From Eledone cirrhosa (lineage: Eukaryota), in contig CAXHJY010000089.1 in the NCBI GenBank assembly GCA_964016885.1, positions 1 through 55,811 of the forward strand: DNA of 55,811 bases, given 5' to 3'. Shown here piece by piece: positions 12,110 to 24,500 of this stretch. Below the pieces are notes generated by a model. It was given only the letters and a program-made list of their open reading frames with translations, was not told the DNA's origin and did not search any database. A program made the position numbers and the translations under genes. Numbering within the stretch: the first letter of the stretch is position 1; every line of letters begins with the position of its first letter.

Positions 12110-12900
12110 AAGATAGCCATATATATAACAAGATAGCCATAGATATAACAAGATAGCCATATATATAACAAGATAGGCATAGATATAACAAGATAGCCAT
12201 AGATATAACAAGATGGCCATATATATATATATAACAAGATAGCCATATATATATATAACAAGATAGCCACATATATATAACAAGATAGCCACATATATAT
12301 AACAAGATAGCCATATATATATAACAAGATAGCCACATATATATAACAAGATAGCCATATATATATAACAAGATAGCCACATATATAACAAGATAGCCAC
12401 ATATATATAACAAGATAGCCACATATATATAACAAGATATCCCACATATATATAACAAGATATCCCACATATATATAACAAGATAGCCATATATATATAA
12501 CAAGATAGCCACATATATAACAAGATAGCCACATATATAACAAGATAGCCACATATATAACAAGATAGCCACATATATATAAAAAGATAGCCACATATAT
12601 ATAACAAGATAGCCACATATATAACAAGATAGCCACATATATATAAAAAGATAGCCACATATATATATAAGAAGATGGCCATATATATAAGATGGCCATA
12701 TATATAACAAGATGGCCATATATATAACAAGATGGCCATATATATAACAAGATGGCCATATATATAACAAGATGGCCATATATATAACAAGATGGCCATA
12801 TATATAACAAGATGGCCATATATATATAACAAGATGGCCATATATATAACAAGATAGCCATATATATAACAAGAAGCCTTATATATAACAAGAAGCCATA
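12110..12900. repeat. 20-24-bp minisatellite (aacaagatRgcca + (TA)n)
   Basis: About 35 units directly visible. Confidence 0.95.
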
Positions 12901-13669
12901 TATAGGTTTTGTGTATGAAGCACCGAGTGGAGATGCTCATTTGCATAGTGTGTGAACTTCATTGCTGAAAGGGAGATAATTGGATATGGCTCTAATATAG
13001 CGTGGTTCATTATAGGGTGTATATATGAAAGCTGTGATCACATCACAGCTTCTAGAAAATTTCATAACAAGAGATTCTCGCATATTTATTATATAGAAAC
13101 CTGTAGTAGACGATTTCATATATACCTTATGATAAACGAGGTTATGTTAGTGCCACTTCCAACGGTCGTAAACAACCATATTGGCTAAATATGATTGGGG
13201 GGAATGAAGAATGTACAATATATTCTTTAGCTCGGGAATTAGCTGACATTAGCACAGTTAATCATAGTTAGTAGAACTGGGATCAAGTTCTTCATAGATT
13301 TAGCGAATATGGAAGCTTAACTGACACACGATATACTTTCGTCTCTCACGAGACGTTTATTAGCTCAATTTTAATCCTCAAAAACAGACGCCACTTATAC
13401 GTATATAATTTAGTGATTTGCAGACTAGCATGTTTTATGTAATGAGTCAAATTATATATATTTTTTAATTAATTGAAATTATATCCCTGAGGTGAACACA
13501 AATCCATTAGTACTAATGCTAGTTATTGTCAAGTGGGAGAAGGGAGAGAACTCCGGGATATTAAATGTATTCAAAATTAAATGTAGACATGCAGTAGGGA
13601 TTGAGTGTAATCTTTGCTAGGTGTGGTAGTAATTCCGAACATAACTTAGTCCGGAGCTTTGCTCCTACT

Positions 13670-13870
13670 TACGCGAGTCGGCTGAAAAATTCACAGGCTG
13701 ACTACGAAGGAATGACGCTAGAGCTGTGAAATCTTGCTTGCACTAGTTTCAACTCTTCTTATTAATAACTACATGTTTCTTTCCAGGGACGATGTTAAAA
13801 AATAAACTTGATTTGGTCGTTCCATGAGAGTGTCTTGGTCAGCCTATGAACTTTTAAATCGACCCTCATA
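13670..13870. mobile_element. Tc1/mariner-type MITE
   Basis: ~33-bp imperfect TIRs (tacgcgagtcggctgaaaaattcacaggctgac versus reverse complement tatgagggtcgatttaaaagttcataggctgac) with TA at both ends. Confidence 0.75.
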
Positions 13871-13887
13871 GAATATGTCTTTGTTTC

Positions 13888-14095
13888 AATGGCAGTATCG
13901 GCAGAGCGTCGGTCAACATGCTTTATGACATAGAGTTAAGGCTCTTTACAATCTAAGTTCAAATCCTCACGGGGTTAGCTTTGCTTTTCATCCTTACGGG
14001 GTCGATAAAATAAAGTAACAGTAATGCACTGGGGTCCATTTAGTCGACTTTTCCCTCCCCCAAAATTGTTGGTCTTGTGCCCAAATCAGAACCCA
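13888..14095 (+). mobile_element. SINE copy
   Basis: tggcagtatcgg head, gttcaaatcc and central domain. Confidence 0.85.
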
Positions 14096-14199
14096 ATGTA
14101 TTTAATAATCTTTAAACAGCGTGGACACCGGTCGGATGGGTTGTACCTAGAACTCAAAGGTCCCGCGTTGTCATATATTGTCATTATCATAATGATACA

Positions 14200-14356
14200 T
14201 CAGTTTTTACTTGATTTCGTGATCCTGGTGAGTCTTTTTTCAGTACAGGAGACCTCTGTGAGGGGTCAGTGAGGTTCCGTGATTTGAGATCAGTTCCCAC
14301 CAGCACTGCCAACGTCTTCCTTGGTCTTCCCCTTCTGCGGCATCGTTCCACCAGGA
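14200..14356 (-). mobile_element. RTE-clade LINE 3' fragment
   Basis: Minus strand translates as VERCRRRGRPRKT...VGTDLK, an RTE ORF2 C-terminal RGRP motif. Confidence 0.6.
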
Positions 14357-14510
14357 TTTTTTGATACTTTTTAAACTAGCGATCACCAGTTATTTTCTCA
14401 CCTCATGCTTCGTCATTCATTTTGCTAACTGTGATAGGCTTAAACATATCTCTGAAATACTGAATCATACACACACACACACACATATATATATGTATAT
14501 ATATATATAT

Positions 14511-14545
<35 letters not shown>

Positions 14546-15224
14546 AGACATGTTTGATTTTGTATCATTCATGACACCCTGTACTTTGAAAGTAATAATA
14601 ATAATATATATATATATATGTATGTAATATGTATATGTAGATGACCGGGAGAGATGACTCCTTAGCCTTTGTCAAGGCAGAATTCTAGGAGAAGGAAAAC
14701 TCTGATATAACACCTGCAACCCTGATGGTATCCAATGATGTTGACTTGTTCTTCTTTTTGGTAAATATCATCTTGGTTAAGAGAGTGGGACTGGCTTTGT
14801 GCAGTACCTTTGCTCACTATAAAAGCTTCACGGCACAGGCATTGCTTTATATCTGGAGATCTCTCTGCACTTGTCGTCACATGGTACCATGGGCCCAGCA
14901 CTATGTGTCAATAATTGTCACAAGTGTAGTGTTTGTACCAGAGTTTTCAAGTCGCTGGCTGGACTAAAACGTCACACTCGTTCAGCGCATCGGTAGGGGT
15001 TCTCCTACATGGATATAAAGTAGTGGCCGTACTCGAAAACGAGTTGGCAGCCACCATGTATGTATGTAAATTCTTCTGGTCCTATAATTTCACAAATGTT
15101 TACCAATAGAGAGAGAGTCGGTTTCTAACATAAATACAAGACTCTCATTGGAATTTACACAACTTCAAGTAGGTAGATATGTATGTCTGCATGCATGCAG
15201 CTATGGATGTTATTGTTTGAGTGT

Positions 15225-15415
15225 GTGTGATTTGGAATGTTTTACATATTTTTACTGTTCCATTAATGCATTGTACTTGTAATTTCCTAACTAGTTGTGC
15301 TCTTTCAGTTTCTGTGAAGTCTAGCTTCTCAAAGATTTGTATTGAGGCAGTTACTAACATATCCCAGTGCCCCAATAATCACAGGCATAAATCTGAAGGT
15401 GTAATCAGGGTGGAG
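15225..15415 (-). mobile_element. C-terminal fragment of an RLE-type (R4/Dong-like) non-LTR retrotransposon
   Basis: LHPDYTFRFMPVIIG/ALGYV...EKLDF...LVRKLQVQCINGTVKICKTF with a frameshift; resembles the PIxIGALG tail of restriction-like endonuclease domains. Confidence 0.6.
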
Positions 15416-16221
15416 TATCTGAGCGTGCGTGCATATATGTTTGTGCGTGTGTATATGTTTGTGCGTGCGTTTTTGTTTATACGTGCATATATGTTTTTGC
15501 ATGTGTATATGTTTGTTCGTGTGAATTTATCCATTGTTTGCGTGTATACGTAAGAATTTGCGTAAGAATTTGTGGTTGTATAGCTTGTTAGTTTGTATGT
15601 GTGCGAACGAGCCTTTGTATATGTGTGTATGTATGTATGTATGTGTATGTGTATGTGTTTATGTAAAATATCCAATAATTTTAAGTAGTTTTCCAATTTA
15701 TTTATTTATTTTTTATTTTCATTTTTTTTTTATTTCATCTTATTATTTTTATTAGTAATTTTCTGAAATGTAAAAATGAGGGCATGCCCCGCCATTTGCA
15801 GGGATTAGAGAATGACAGAGAAAACATAACAGGGAAGAGTTAACTATATTAATTATACGAAAATGGTGAGATTTTCAGGTTGACCTACAATCCCTCCATA
15901 TCCGGCCTAGATTTACGAGGATTTCAAACGCATCACGTGCTTTTTCTTTTTTCAAGCTTCACTGAATCTCGTCAATGAACCTTCAGTAACAGGCTAATTT
16001 CCTCCATTAAAATAATGTAATGAAGTAGTGATACTTGGGGGGGGGGGGCTGACGCTTATGTGTATGTATGTGTAGAATGTTACACACGTGTGTGTGTGTG
16101 TGTATACGATGTGATCCCAATATGCATATAATGCTTATGTGTGTATACATACATATATATATATATATATAAATTCACACACATATATATGTATGTGTGT
16201 GTGTGTATGTTCCATGTGATC

Positions 16222-16255
<34 letters not shown>

Positions 16256-16370
16256 GGCGTGTGGCGGAGTGGTTAGAGAATTGGATTCGCAATCGTAAGG
16301 TTGTGAGTTCGATTCCTGGACCAGGCGATGCGTTATGTCCTTGAGCAAGACACTTTATTTCACGTTGCTC
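16256..16370 (+). mobile_element. tRNA-derived SINE 5' part with a CORE-like domain (second SINE family)
   Basis: A-box tggcggagtgg, B-box gagttcgattcc, then tgtccttgagcaagacactt resembling the MIR/CORE motif. Confidence 0.75.
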
Positions 16371-16469
16371 CTTCTACCTGGAGTTGCGACCGATAGATAG
16401 TATTAGCAATTGGAAAGACCAACGGAAACATTGTTCCCTCGGTCCGATTTGACGAAAGTCGATCGTTCC

Positions 16470-16504
<35 letters not shown>

Positions 16505-16606
16505 TATGTATGCGGGTGTGCATACATATGTGCACACACACACACAGGATTAAATTTAAGCTTGTGTGTGTGTGTTTCTTTGTATTTGTATGTGGATGTA
16601 TGTGTT

Positions 16607-16925
16607 CAGTCCTATCTTGTTATAACTGCTCACCCCTTGTATGCTTAGCCGACGTTTTACGAGGCTGAGCCTCATAGGGAATTACTCGGCTGGTTATGAA
16701 TAGAGGCCCCAGTCCTATCATACTTTTATTAGAGCTCACACCTTTATAGCTTTAGCTGGCCTCGCAGGAGTCTGAAAATCATAGGTGGCTACTCTGATGT
16801 TTAATAATCGAGACTACTGTCCTACCATACCGTTATTAAAGCTCACAGCTTCTTGGGTTTAGGTGGCCTTATTCGACGCTACCCATCATAGGAAGTTCCT
16901 CTGGTGTTTTAATTATGGACGCACC
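16607..16925. repeat. Three highly diverged ~105-bp tandem units
   Basis: Ordered blocks gtccta / gctcac / tcatagg / ctctg-like recur from ~16607, ~16710 and ~16817. Confidence 0.55.
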
Positions 16926-17337
16926 AATCCTAAAAAAAAAAAAAAACTTAACACAAAGAACATTGCTCAGAAATAAAAGGCATCGGCCTGTCCAGATATC
17001 GAAACTACCGACTAAGTCACGAGTCTTTAACCAGAAATTAGCTCCATTTTCACAGGACAAATGGCCTTAAAACAGTTATCTGTTTGTTGTTTGTTTCCAT
17101 TATAAAGAACATGTCTAGCAACACACATGCTGTATCCTTTAAAGTAGAAAACCTTTTTGTTTCAGTTTACAATTTGTGGACATTGGCTAAGTTACTAAGA
17201 TATCTCCTGGGTTAAAAAATAAATTCATGAACTTAATTTGCAAGATTAATGGTTATTCAGTACTCTGATCCCGACGGACAGGTTGGTAATGATACAAAAT
17301 ATTGTCATGTTGTATTAGTTGATAATCCTGTTACATA

Positions 17338-18095
17338 GGCGGCCGGTTGGTAAATTCGTTAGAAGTCAGGTCGGATCAAATGTTTTACGGTGTTCGTTCC
17401 TGCTCACTCTTCTCTGATTTCAGATGGTTCAGAGGTCAACTTTGCCTTTCATTCTATTGAAGTCGATGAAAATAGTAGGAGTCTAGTACTGGGGGTGGAG
17501 TCGAATCTTCAACCAAATCTATTTCTCATTTTCATTCTCTCTCACACTCCATCCAAATCTATTTCTCATTTTCATTCTCTCTCACACTCCATCCTTCCCT
17601 GGACTAAATCTGCTGTATTCAGATCTGCAGAGATGGGATCCGCCATGTGTAAGAATGCCCTAGAAACGCCCTATGTCACTACGGCAGCCATACAATTCCA
17701 TCGGGAGTTACTGGACAGTACATACAAACATCAAGTAGGTGGTGAATTGATAGACTCCTTAGAAAGTACGATAAAATGTTTGCCGTTATTCGTTCCTGCG
17801 CTCTACACTTTGAGTTCAAACCACGCCGAGGTCAACTTTGACTTTCAACCTATCGAGACCAGAGGAAGAAAGTACCAGTCTAGTACTGGGGTCGATTCTT
17901 CCTATATATATATTTCTTTCTCTATCATTACCTCTCCTTTTCTGCAATGAATTAGTTGTGACCAGATCTGGAGTGGAAATGGTTTCTGCCATGTTTTGGA
18001 AATGCGCAGAGAAGGCTGTATGTCATTTATGGTGCACCTATAAATCCATCAGCAGCCATATGTCATTATGGTGCACCTATAAATCCATCAGTGGA
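17338..18095 (+). mobile_element. Two old diverged SINE-containing ~400-bp units
   Basis: Both have ttcgttcctgc, gaggtcaactttg, agtctagtactgggg and cagatctg...gccatgt; local duplications at ~17513-17592 and ~18018-18091. Confidence 0.6.
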
Positions 18096-18284
18096 GATCA
18101 ATTGGTGAGTCCATTTCGGCTGAGGCCACCGGATGATGTTGACAACTCCACCAAGATCTGTATGTCACAACAGGCCCCTACAATTTGCCATAGTTTATGG
18201 GTAAAAAGAAAAGAATCTTATTATTGGTAGAGGAATGCAGGTGGTTAAGTGGTTATAGTTCAATAATTACGTTACGTGACGTCC

Positions 18285-18378
18285 CTTTGCCTTTCATCCT
18301 TCCGGGGTCGATAGAATAAAGTACCAGTAATGCATTGGGTAATTGCTGGCCTTGTGCCAAAAAGTAGAAACAATTATA
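18285..18378 (+). mobile_element. 5'-truncated SINE
   Basis: Central domain and 3' end only. Confidence 0.8.
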
Positions 18379-18844
18379 TTCCATATTGACACAACCACAT
18401 AGCAAAAATGAATTGTGGCTGTATATCAAAACGCAACTTTTGCATTCACTGTTTTTCGCTGAATCTTCCTGAGAACTACATTAAGGGTACACTTGTTTAT
18501 GGAATTCTCGGTATGCATACCTCAAAATTCATATATTCACACACACACACACACACATACACACATACATGTTGTATGCGTGTGTGGACAAAAAATATAT
18601 TTATAAATATATAAATATATACGTGTATACACACAAACGTACACACACACACACACATATATATATATGGATATGTATGTATATATATGTATGTGTGTAT
18701 ATATATATATATAAGACACATTTCTCCAACATGCTTGACTTCTTAATACATTTGTTTGTTTCACTAGGAATCGCCGTCGGTAATCTTTGATAAGCAGGAA
18801 GGAAACATATTTTGGCATGAACACTATGAGAAAGGTGAAAAACA

Positions 18845-19500
<656 letters not shown>

Positions 19501-19541
19501 GAGAATGATAAAGATAAATAACAAAGTTTCAGTGGGAACGA

Positions 19542-20193
19542 ATCACCATCATCATCATCAACACTATTATCATCATCACCACCACCATCATCATCACCAC
19601 CATCATCAGCAGCAGTATCACTATTATTATCACCATCATCATCATCATTAACCCCCTCATCACCATCATCATTATCGTCATCCATCTCATCACCACCATG
19701 ACTACTTTCACCATTATCACCATCACTATCATCATTATAATCATCACCACCATCACCACAATCACTACCATCACCATCATCACAGTCAATACCATACCAT
19801 CACCATCCTCACAATGACCCCCCATCACAATCGTCACCACCATCATCACCATCATCACCATCACCATCATCACCATTATCACCATCACCATCATCACCAT
19901 CAATACTATACCATCACCATCATCACCATCATCACGATCATCACCATCATCACCATCATCACCATCAACATCATCAATACCATACCATCACCATCACCAT
20001 CCTCACAATCACCACCATCACAATCGTCACCACCATCATCACCATCATCACCATCACCATCATCACCATTATCATCACCATCGTCACCATCATCACCATC
20101 AATACCATCACCATCAATACCATCACCATCAATACCATCACAATCAATACCACTAGCATCATCCTCACCATCATCCCCACCACCACCACCATC
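19542..20193. repeat. Degenerate (CAT/CAC)n trinucleotide repeat
   Basis: Directly visible; source of the poly-His/Asp/Met pseudo-ORFs. Confidence 0.9.
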
Positions 20194-20396
20194 AGTATAG
20201 TGAGACGTGTATAAGACGTGTAACAGCGCCATCTGTAGCTAGTGTCAAATACTCTGCAGTATCGCTGTCGGCCAATCTCTGTTAAATCACTGGCAACTTT
20301 CTTACGAAACTTTCTCAAAAAATACGGAACTTCTGAGAGTAGAAGGAGGAAAAAATAGTGAATGTGTGACATACTTGCTACTGTGATGTAGCTGTG

Positions 20397-20846
20397 TACA
20401 CATATACACACGCATATACACACACGCACATAGACACATACATACACATATACGCACACACATACATACACACACACATACATACACACACACATACATA
20501 CACACACACACACATACATACACACACATACACGTACACACATACACATATACACACACACATATATACACACATACACACACATACGCATACATACATA
20601 TACACATAAACATATACACACACACATACACACATATACACACACACATACACACATATACGCATACACACACATACGCATACACACATACATATACATA
20701 CACACACACCAATATACATATACATACGCATATACACACATACACACACTGGTGAAGATAATAATAATAAGAATAACAAATACGACTAAAAAAAATGTTA
20801 TGTACTTCGTGATCAATAAAATGTGTAGTTATATCTGAAAGAAGTT

Positions 20847-20886
<40 letters not shown>

Positions 20887-20892
20887 TACATG

Positions 20893-20924
<32 letters not shown>

Positions 20925-21330
20925 TATATATATATATATTATATATAGATATATTATATACATATATTTTAGAGATATATGTTTGAGTTTGTGTATTGTA
21001 TATTATATAGATATATTTAGTAAATATATATAGGTATGTTATATAATATATACATATATTTAGTAAATATATATAGGTATGTTATATAATATATAGATAT
21101 ATTTAGTAAATATATATAGGTATATTATATAATATATACATATATTTAGTAAATATATATAGGTATGTTATATAATTATACACATATTTTACAGATATAT
21201 GTGAATACGTTTGAGTGTATGTATTATATATTTTATAGATATATTAGTGAATTTATATAGGTATATTATATAATATATACATATATTTAGTAAATATATA
21301 TAGGTATGTTATATATAGATGTATATATAA
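20397..21330. repeat. (CA/TA)n tracts plus a ~44-bp AT-rich minisatellite
   Basis: atatttagtaaatatatataggtatgttatataat repeats at ~21010-21320. Confidence 0.85.
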
Positions 21331-21538
21331 TAGTGGGGAAAAGTCTGATTTCTTATGGTCATTATAGTGGCAACAGACGGAATTTACCGAATGTTCCTAT
21401 ATTGTGAGGCAGTGAGCTGTGACTAAGTGATCTGATTTCGTGATATTTGCGTGTTGTTATGTCTAGCAGAAAACAATGGCTTCGGGTAGCTAATTTTAAG
21501 TGTCAGCTAAATTAGATAGTGATAGCGAAAGTAACGTT

Positions 21539-24500
21539 GAGGCATTCTTTCTTAGTGTGTAGTGCTTTGTCTGTGTGTGTGAGGCTCTCTTTCTTAGTGT
21601 GTAGTGCTTTCTCTGTGTGTGTGAGGCTCCCTTTCTTAGTGTGTAGGGCTTTGTCTGTGTGTGTGAGGCTCTTTTTCTTAGTGTGTAGGGCTTTGTCTGT
21701 GTGTGTGTGAGGCTCTCTTTCTTAGTGTGTAGTGCTTTCTCTGTGTGTGTGAGGCTCCCTTTCTTAGTGTGTTGGGCTTTGTCTGTGTGTGTGAGGCTCT
21801 TTTTCTTAGTGTGTAGGGCTTTGTCTGTGTGTGTGAGGCTCCCTTTCTTAGTGTGTAGTGCTTTCTCTGTGTGTGTGAGGCTCCTTTTCTTAGTGTGTAG
21901 GGCTTTGTCTGTGTGTGTGAGGCTCTTTTTCTTAGTGTGTAGGGCTTTGTCTGTGTGTGTGTGAGGCTCTCTTTCTTAGTGTGTAGGGCTTTGTCTGTGT
22001 GTGTGAGGCTCTCTTTCTTAGTGTGTAGGGCTTTGTCTGTGTGTGTGAGGCTCTCTTTCTTAGTGTGTAGGGTTTTGTCTGTGTGTGTGAGGCTCTCTTT
22101 CTTAGTGTGTAGGGCTTTGTCTGTGTGTGAGGCTCCCTTTCTTAGTGTGTAGGGCTTTGTCTGTGTGTGTGTGGCTCTCTTTCTTAGTGTGTAGGGCTTT
22201 GTCTGTGTGTGTGAGGCTCTCTTTCTTAGTGTGTAGGGTTTTGTCTGTGTGTGAGGCTCTTTCTTAGTGTGTAGGGCTTTGTCTGTGTGTGTGAGGCTCT
22301 CTTTCTTAGTGTGTAGGGCTTTGTCTGTGTGTGTGAGGCTCTCTTTCTTAGTGTGTAGGCCTTTGTCTGTGTGTGAGGCTCTCTTTCTTAGTGTGTAGGG
22401 CTTTGTCTGTGTGTGAGGCTCCCTTTCTTAGTGTGTAGGGCTTTGTCTGTGTGTGAGGCTCTCTTTCTTAGTGTGTAGGGCTTTTTCTGTGTGTGTGAGG
22501 CTCCCTTTCTTAGTGTGTAGGGCTTTGTCTGTGTGTGTGAGGCTCTCTTTCTTAGTGTGTAGGGCTTTGTCTGTGTGTGTGAGGCTCTCTTTCTTAGTGT
22601 GTAGGGCTTTGTCTGTGTGTGTGAGGCTCTCTTTCTTAGTGTGTAGAGCTTTGTCTGTGTGTGTGAGGCTCTCTTTCTTAGTGTGTAGGGCTTTGTCTGT
22701 GTGTGTGAGGCTCTCTTTCTTAGTGTGTAGGGCTTTGTCTGTGTGTGTGAGGCTCCCTTTCTTAGTGTGTAGGGCTTTGTCTGTGTGTGTGAGGCTCTCT
22801 TTCTTAGTGTGTAGGGTTTTGTCTGTGTGTGTGAGGCTCCCTTTCTTAGTGTGTAGGGCTTTGTCTGTGTGTGTGAGGCTCCCTTTCTTAGTGTGTAGGG
22901 CTTTGCCTGTGTGTGAGAGGCTCCCTTTCTTAGTGTGTAGGGCTTTGTCTGTGTGTGTGAGGCTCCCTTTCTTAGTGTGTAGGGCTTTGTCTGTGTGTGT
23001 GAGGCTCTCTTTCTTAGTGTGTAGGGCTTTGTCTGTGTGTGTGAGGCTCTCTTTCTTAGTGTGTAGGGTTTTGTCTGTGTGTGTGAGGCTCCCTTTCTTA
23101 TTGTGTAGGGCTTTGTCTGTGTGTGTGAGGCTCCCTTTCTTAGTGTGTAGGGCTTTGTCTGTGTGTGTGAGGCTCTCTTTCTTAGTGTGTAGGGCTTTGT
23201 CTGTGTGTGTGAGGCTCTCTTTCTTAGTGTGTAGGGCTTTGTCTGTGTGTGTGAGGCTCTCTTTCTTAGTGTGTAGGGCTTTGTCTGTGTGTGTGAGGCT
23301 CTCTTTCTTAGTGTGTAGGGCTTTGTCTGTGTGTGAGGCTCTCTTTCTTAGTGTGTAGGGCTTTGTCTGTGTGTTTGAGGCTCTCTTTCTTAGTGTGTAG
23401 GGCTTTGTCTGTGTGTGTGAGGCTCTTTTTCTTAGTGTGTAGGGCTTTGTCTGTGTGTGTGTGAGGCTCTCTTTCTTAGTGTGTAGGGCTTTGTCTGTGT
23501 GTGTGAGGCTCTCTTTCTTAGTGTGTAGGGCTTTGTCTGTGTGTGTGAGGCTCTCTTTCTTAGTGTGTGGGGTTTTGTCTGTGTGTGTGAGGCTCTCTTT
23601 CTTAGTGTGTAGGGCTTTGTCTGTGTGTGTGAGGCTCTCTTTCTTAGTGTGTAGGGCTTTGTCTGTGTGTGTGAGGCTCTCTTTCTTAGTGTGTAGTGCT
23701 TTGTCTGTGTGTGTGAGGCTCTCTTTCTTAGTGTGTAGGGCTTTGTCTGTGTGTGTGAGGCTCTCTTTCTTAGTGTGTAGGGCTTTGTCTGTGTGTGTGA
23801 GGCTCTATTTCTTAGTGTGTAGGGCTTTGTCTGTGTGTGTGAGGCTCTCTTTCTTAGTGTGTAGGGCTTTGTCTGTGTGTGTGAGGCTCTCTTTCTTAGT
23901 GTGTAGGCTTTGTCTGTGTGTGAGGCTCCCTTTCTTAGTGTGTAGGGCTTTGTCTGTGTGTGAGGCTCCCTTTCTTAGTGTGTAGGGTTTTGTCTGTGTG
24001 TGTGAGGCTCCCTTTCTTAGTGTGTAGGGCTTTGTCTGTGTGTGTGAGGCTCTCTTTCTTAGTATGTTGGGCTTTGTCTGTGTGTGTGAGGCTCTCTTTC
24101 TTAGTGTGTAGGGCTTTGTCTGTGTGTGAGGCTCTTTTTCTTAGTGTGTAGGGCTTTGTCTGTGTGTGTGTGAGGCTCTCTTTCTTAGTGTGTAGGGCTT
24201 TGTCTGTGTGTGTGAGGCTCTCTTTCTTAGTGTGTAGGGCTTTGTCTGTGTGTGTGAGGCTCTCTTTCTTAGTGTGTAGGCTTTGTCTGTGTGTGAGGCT
24301 CCCTTTCTTAGTGTGTAGGGCTTTGTCTGTGTGTGAGGCTCCCTTTCTTAGTGTGTAGGGTTTTGTCTGTGTGTGTGAGGCTCCCTTTCTTAGTGTGTAG
24401 GGCTTTGTCTGTGTGTGTGAGACTCTCTTTCTTAGTGTGTAGGGCTTTGTCTGTGTGTGTGAGGCTCTCTTTCTTAGTGTGTAGGGCTTTGTCTGTGTGT

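Noticed and set aside
16256-16325. tRNA gene
   Set aside because: A and B boxes are present but there is no clean acceptor stem, and the sequence continues into a CORE-like SINE body
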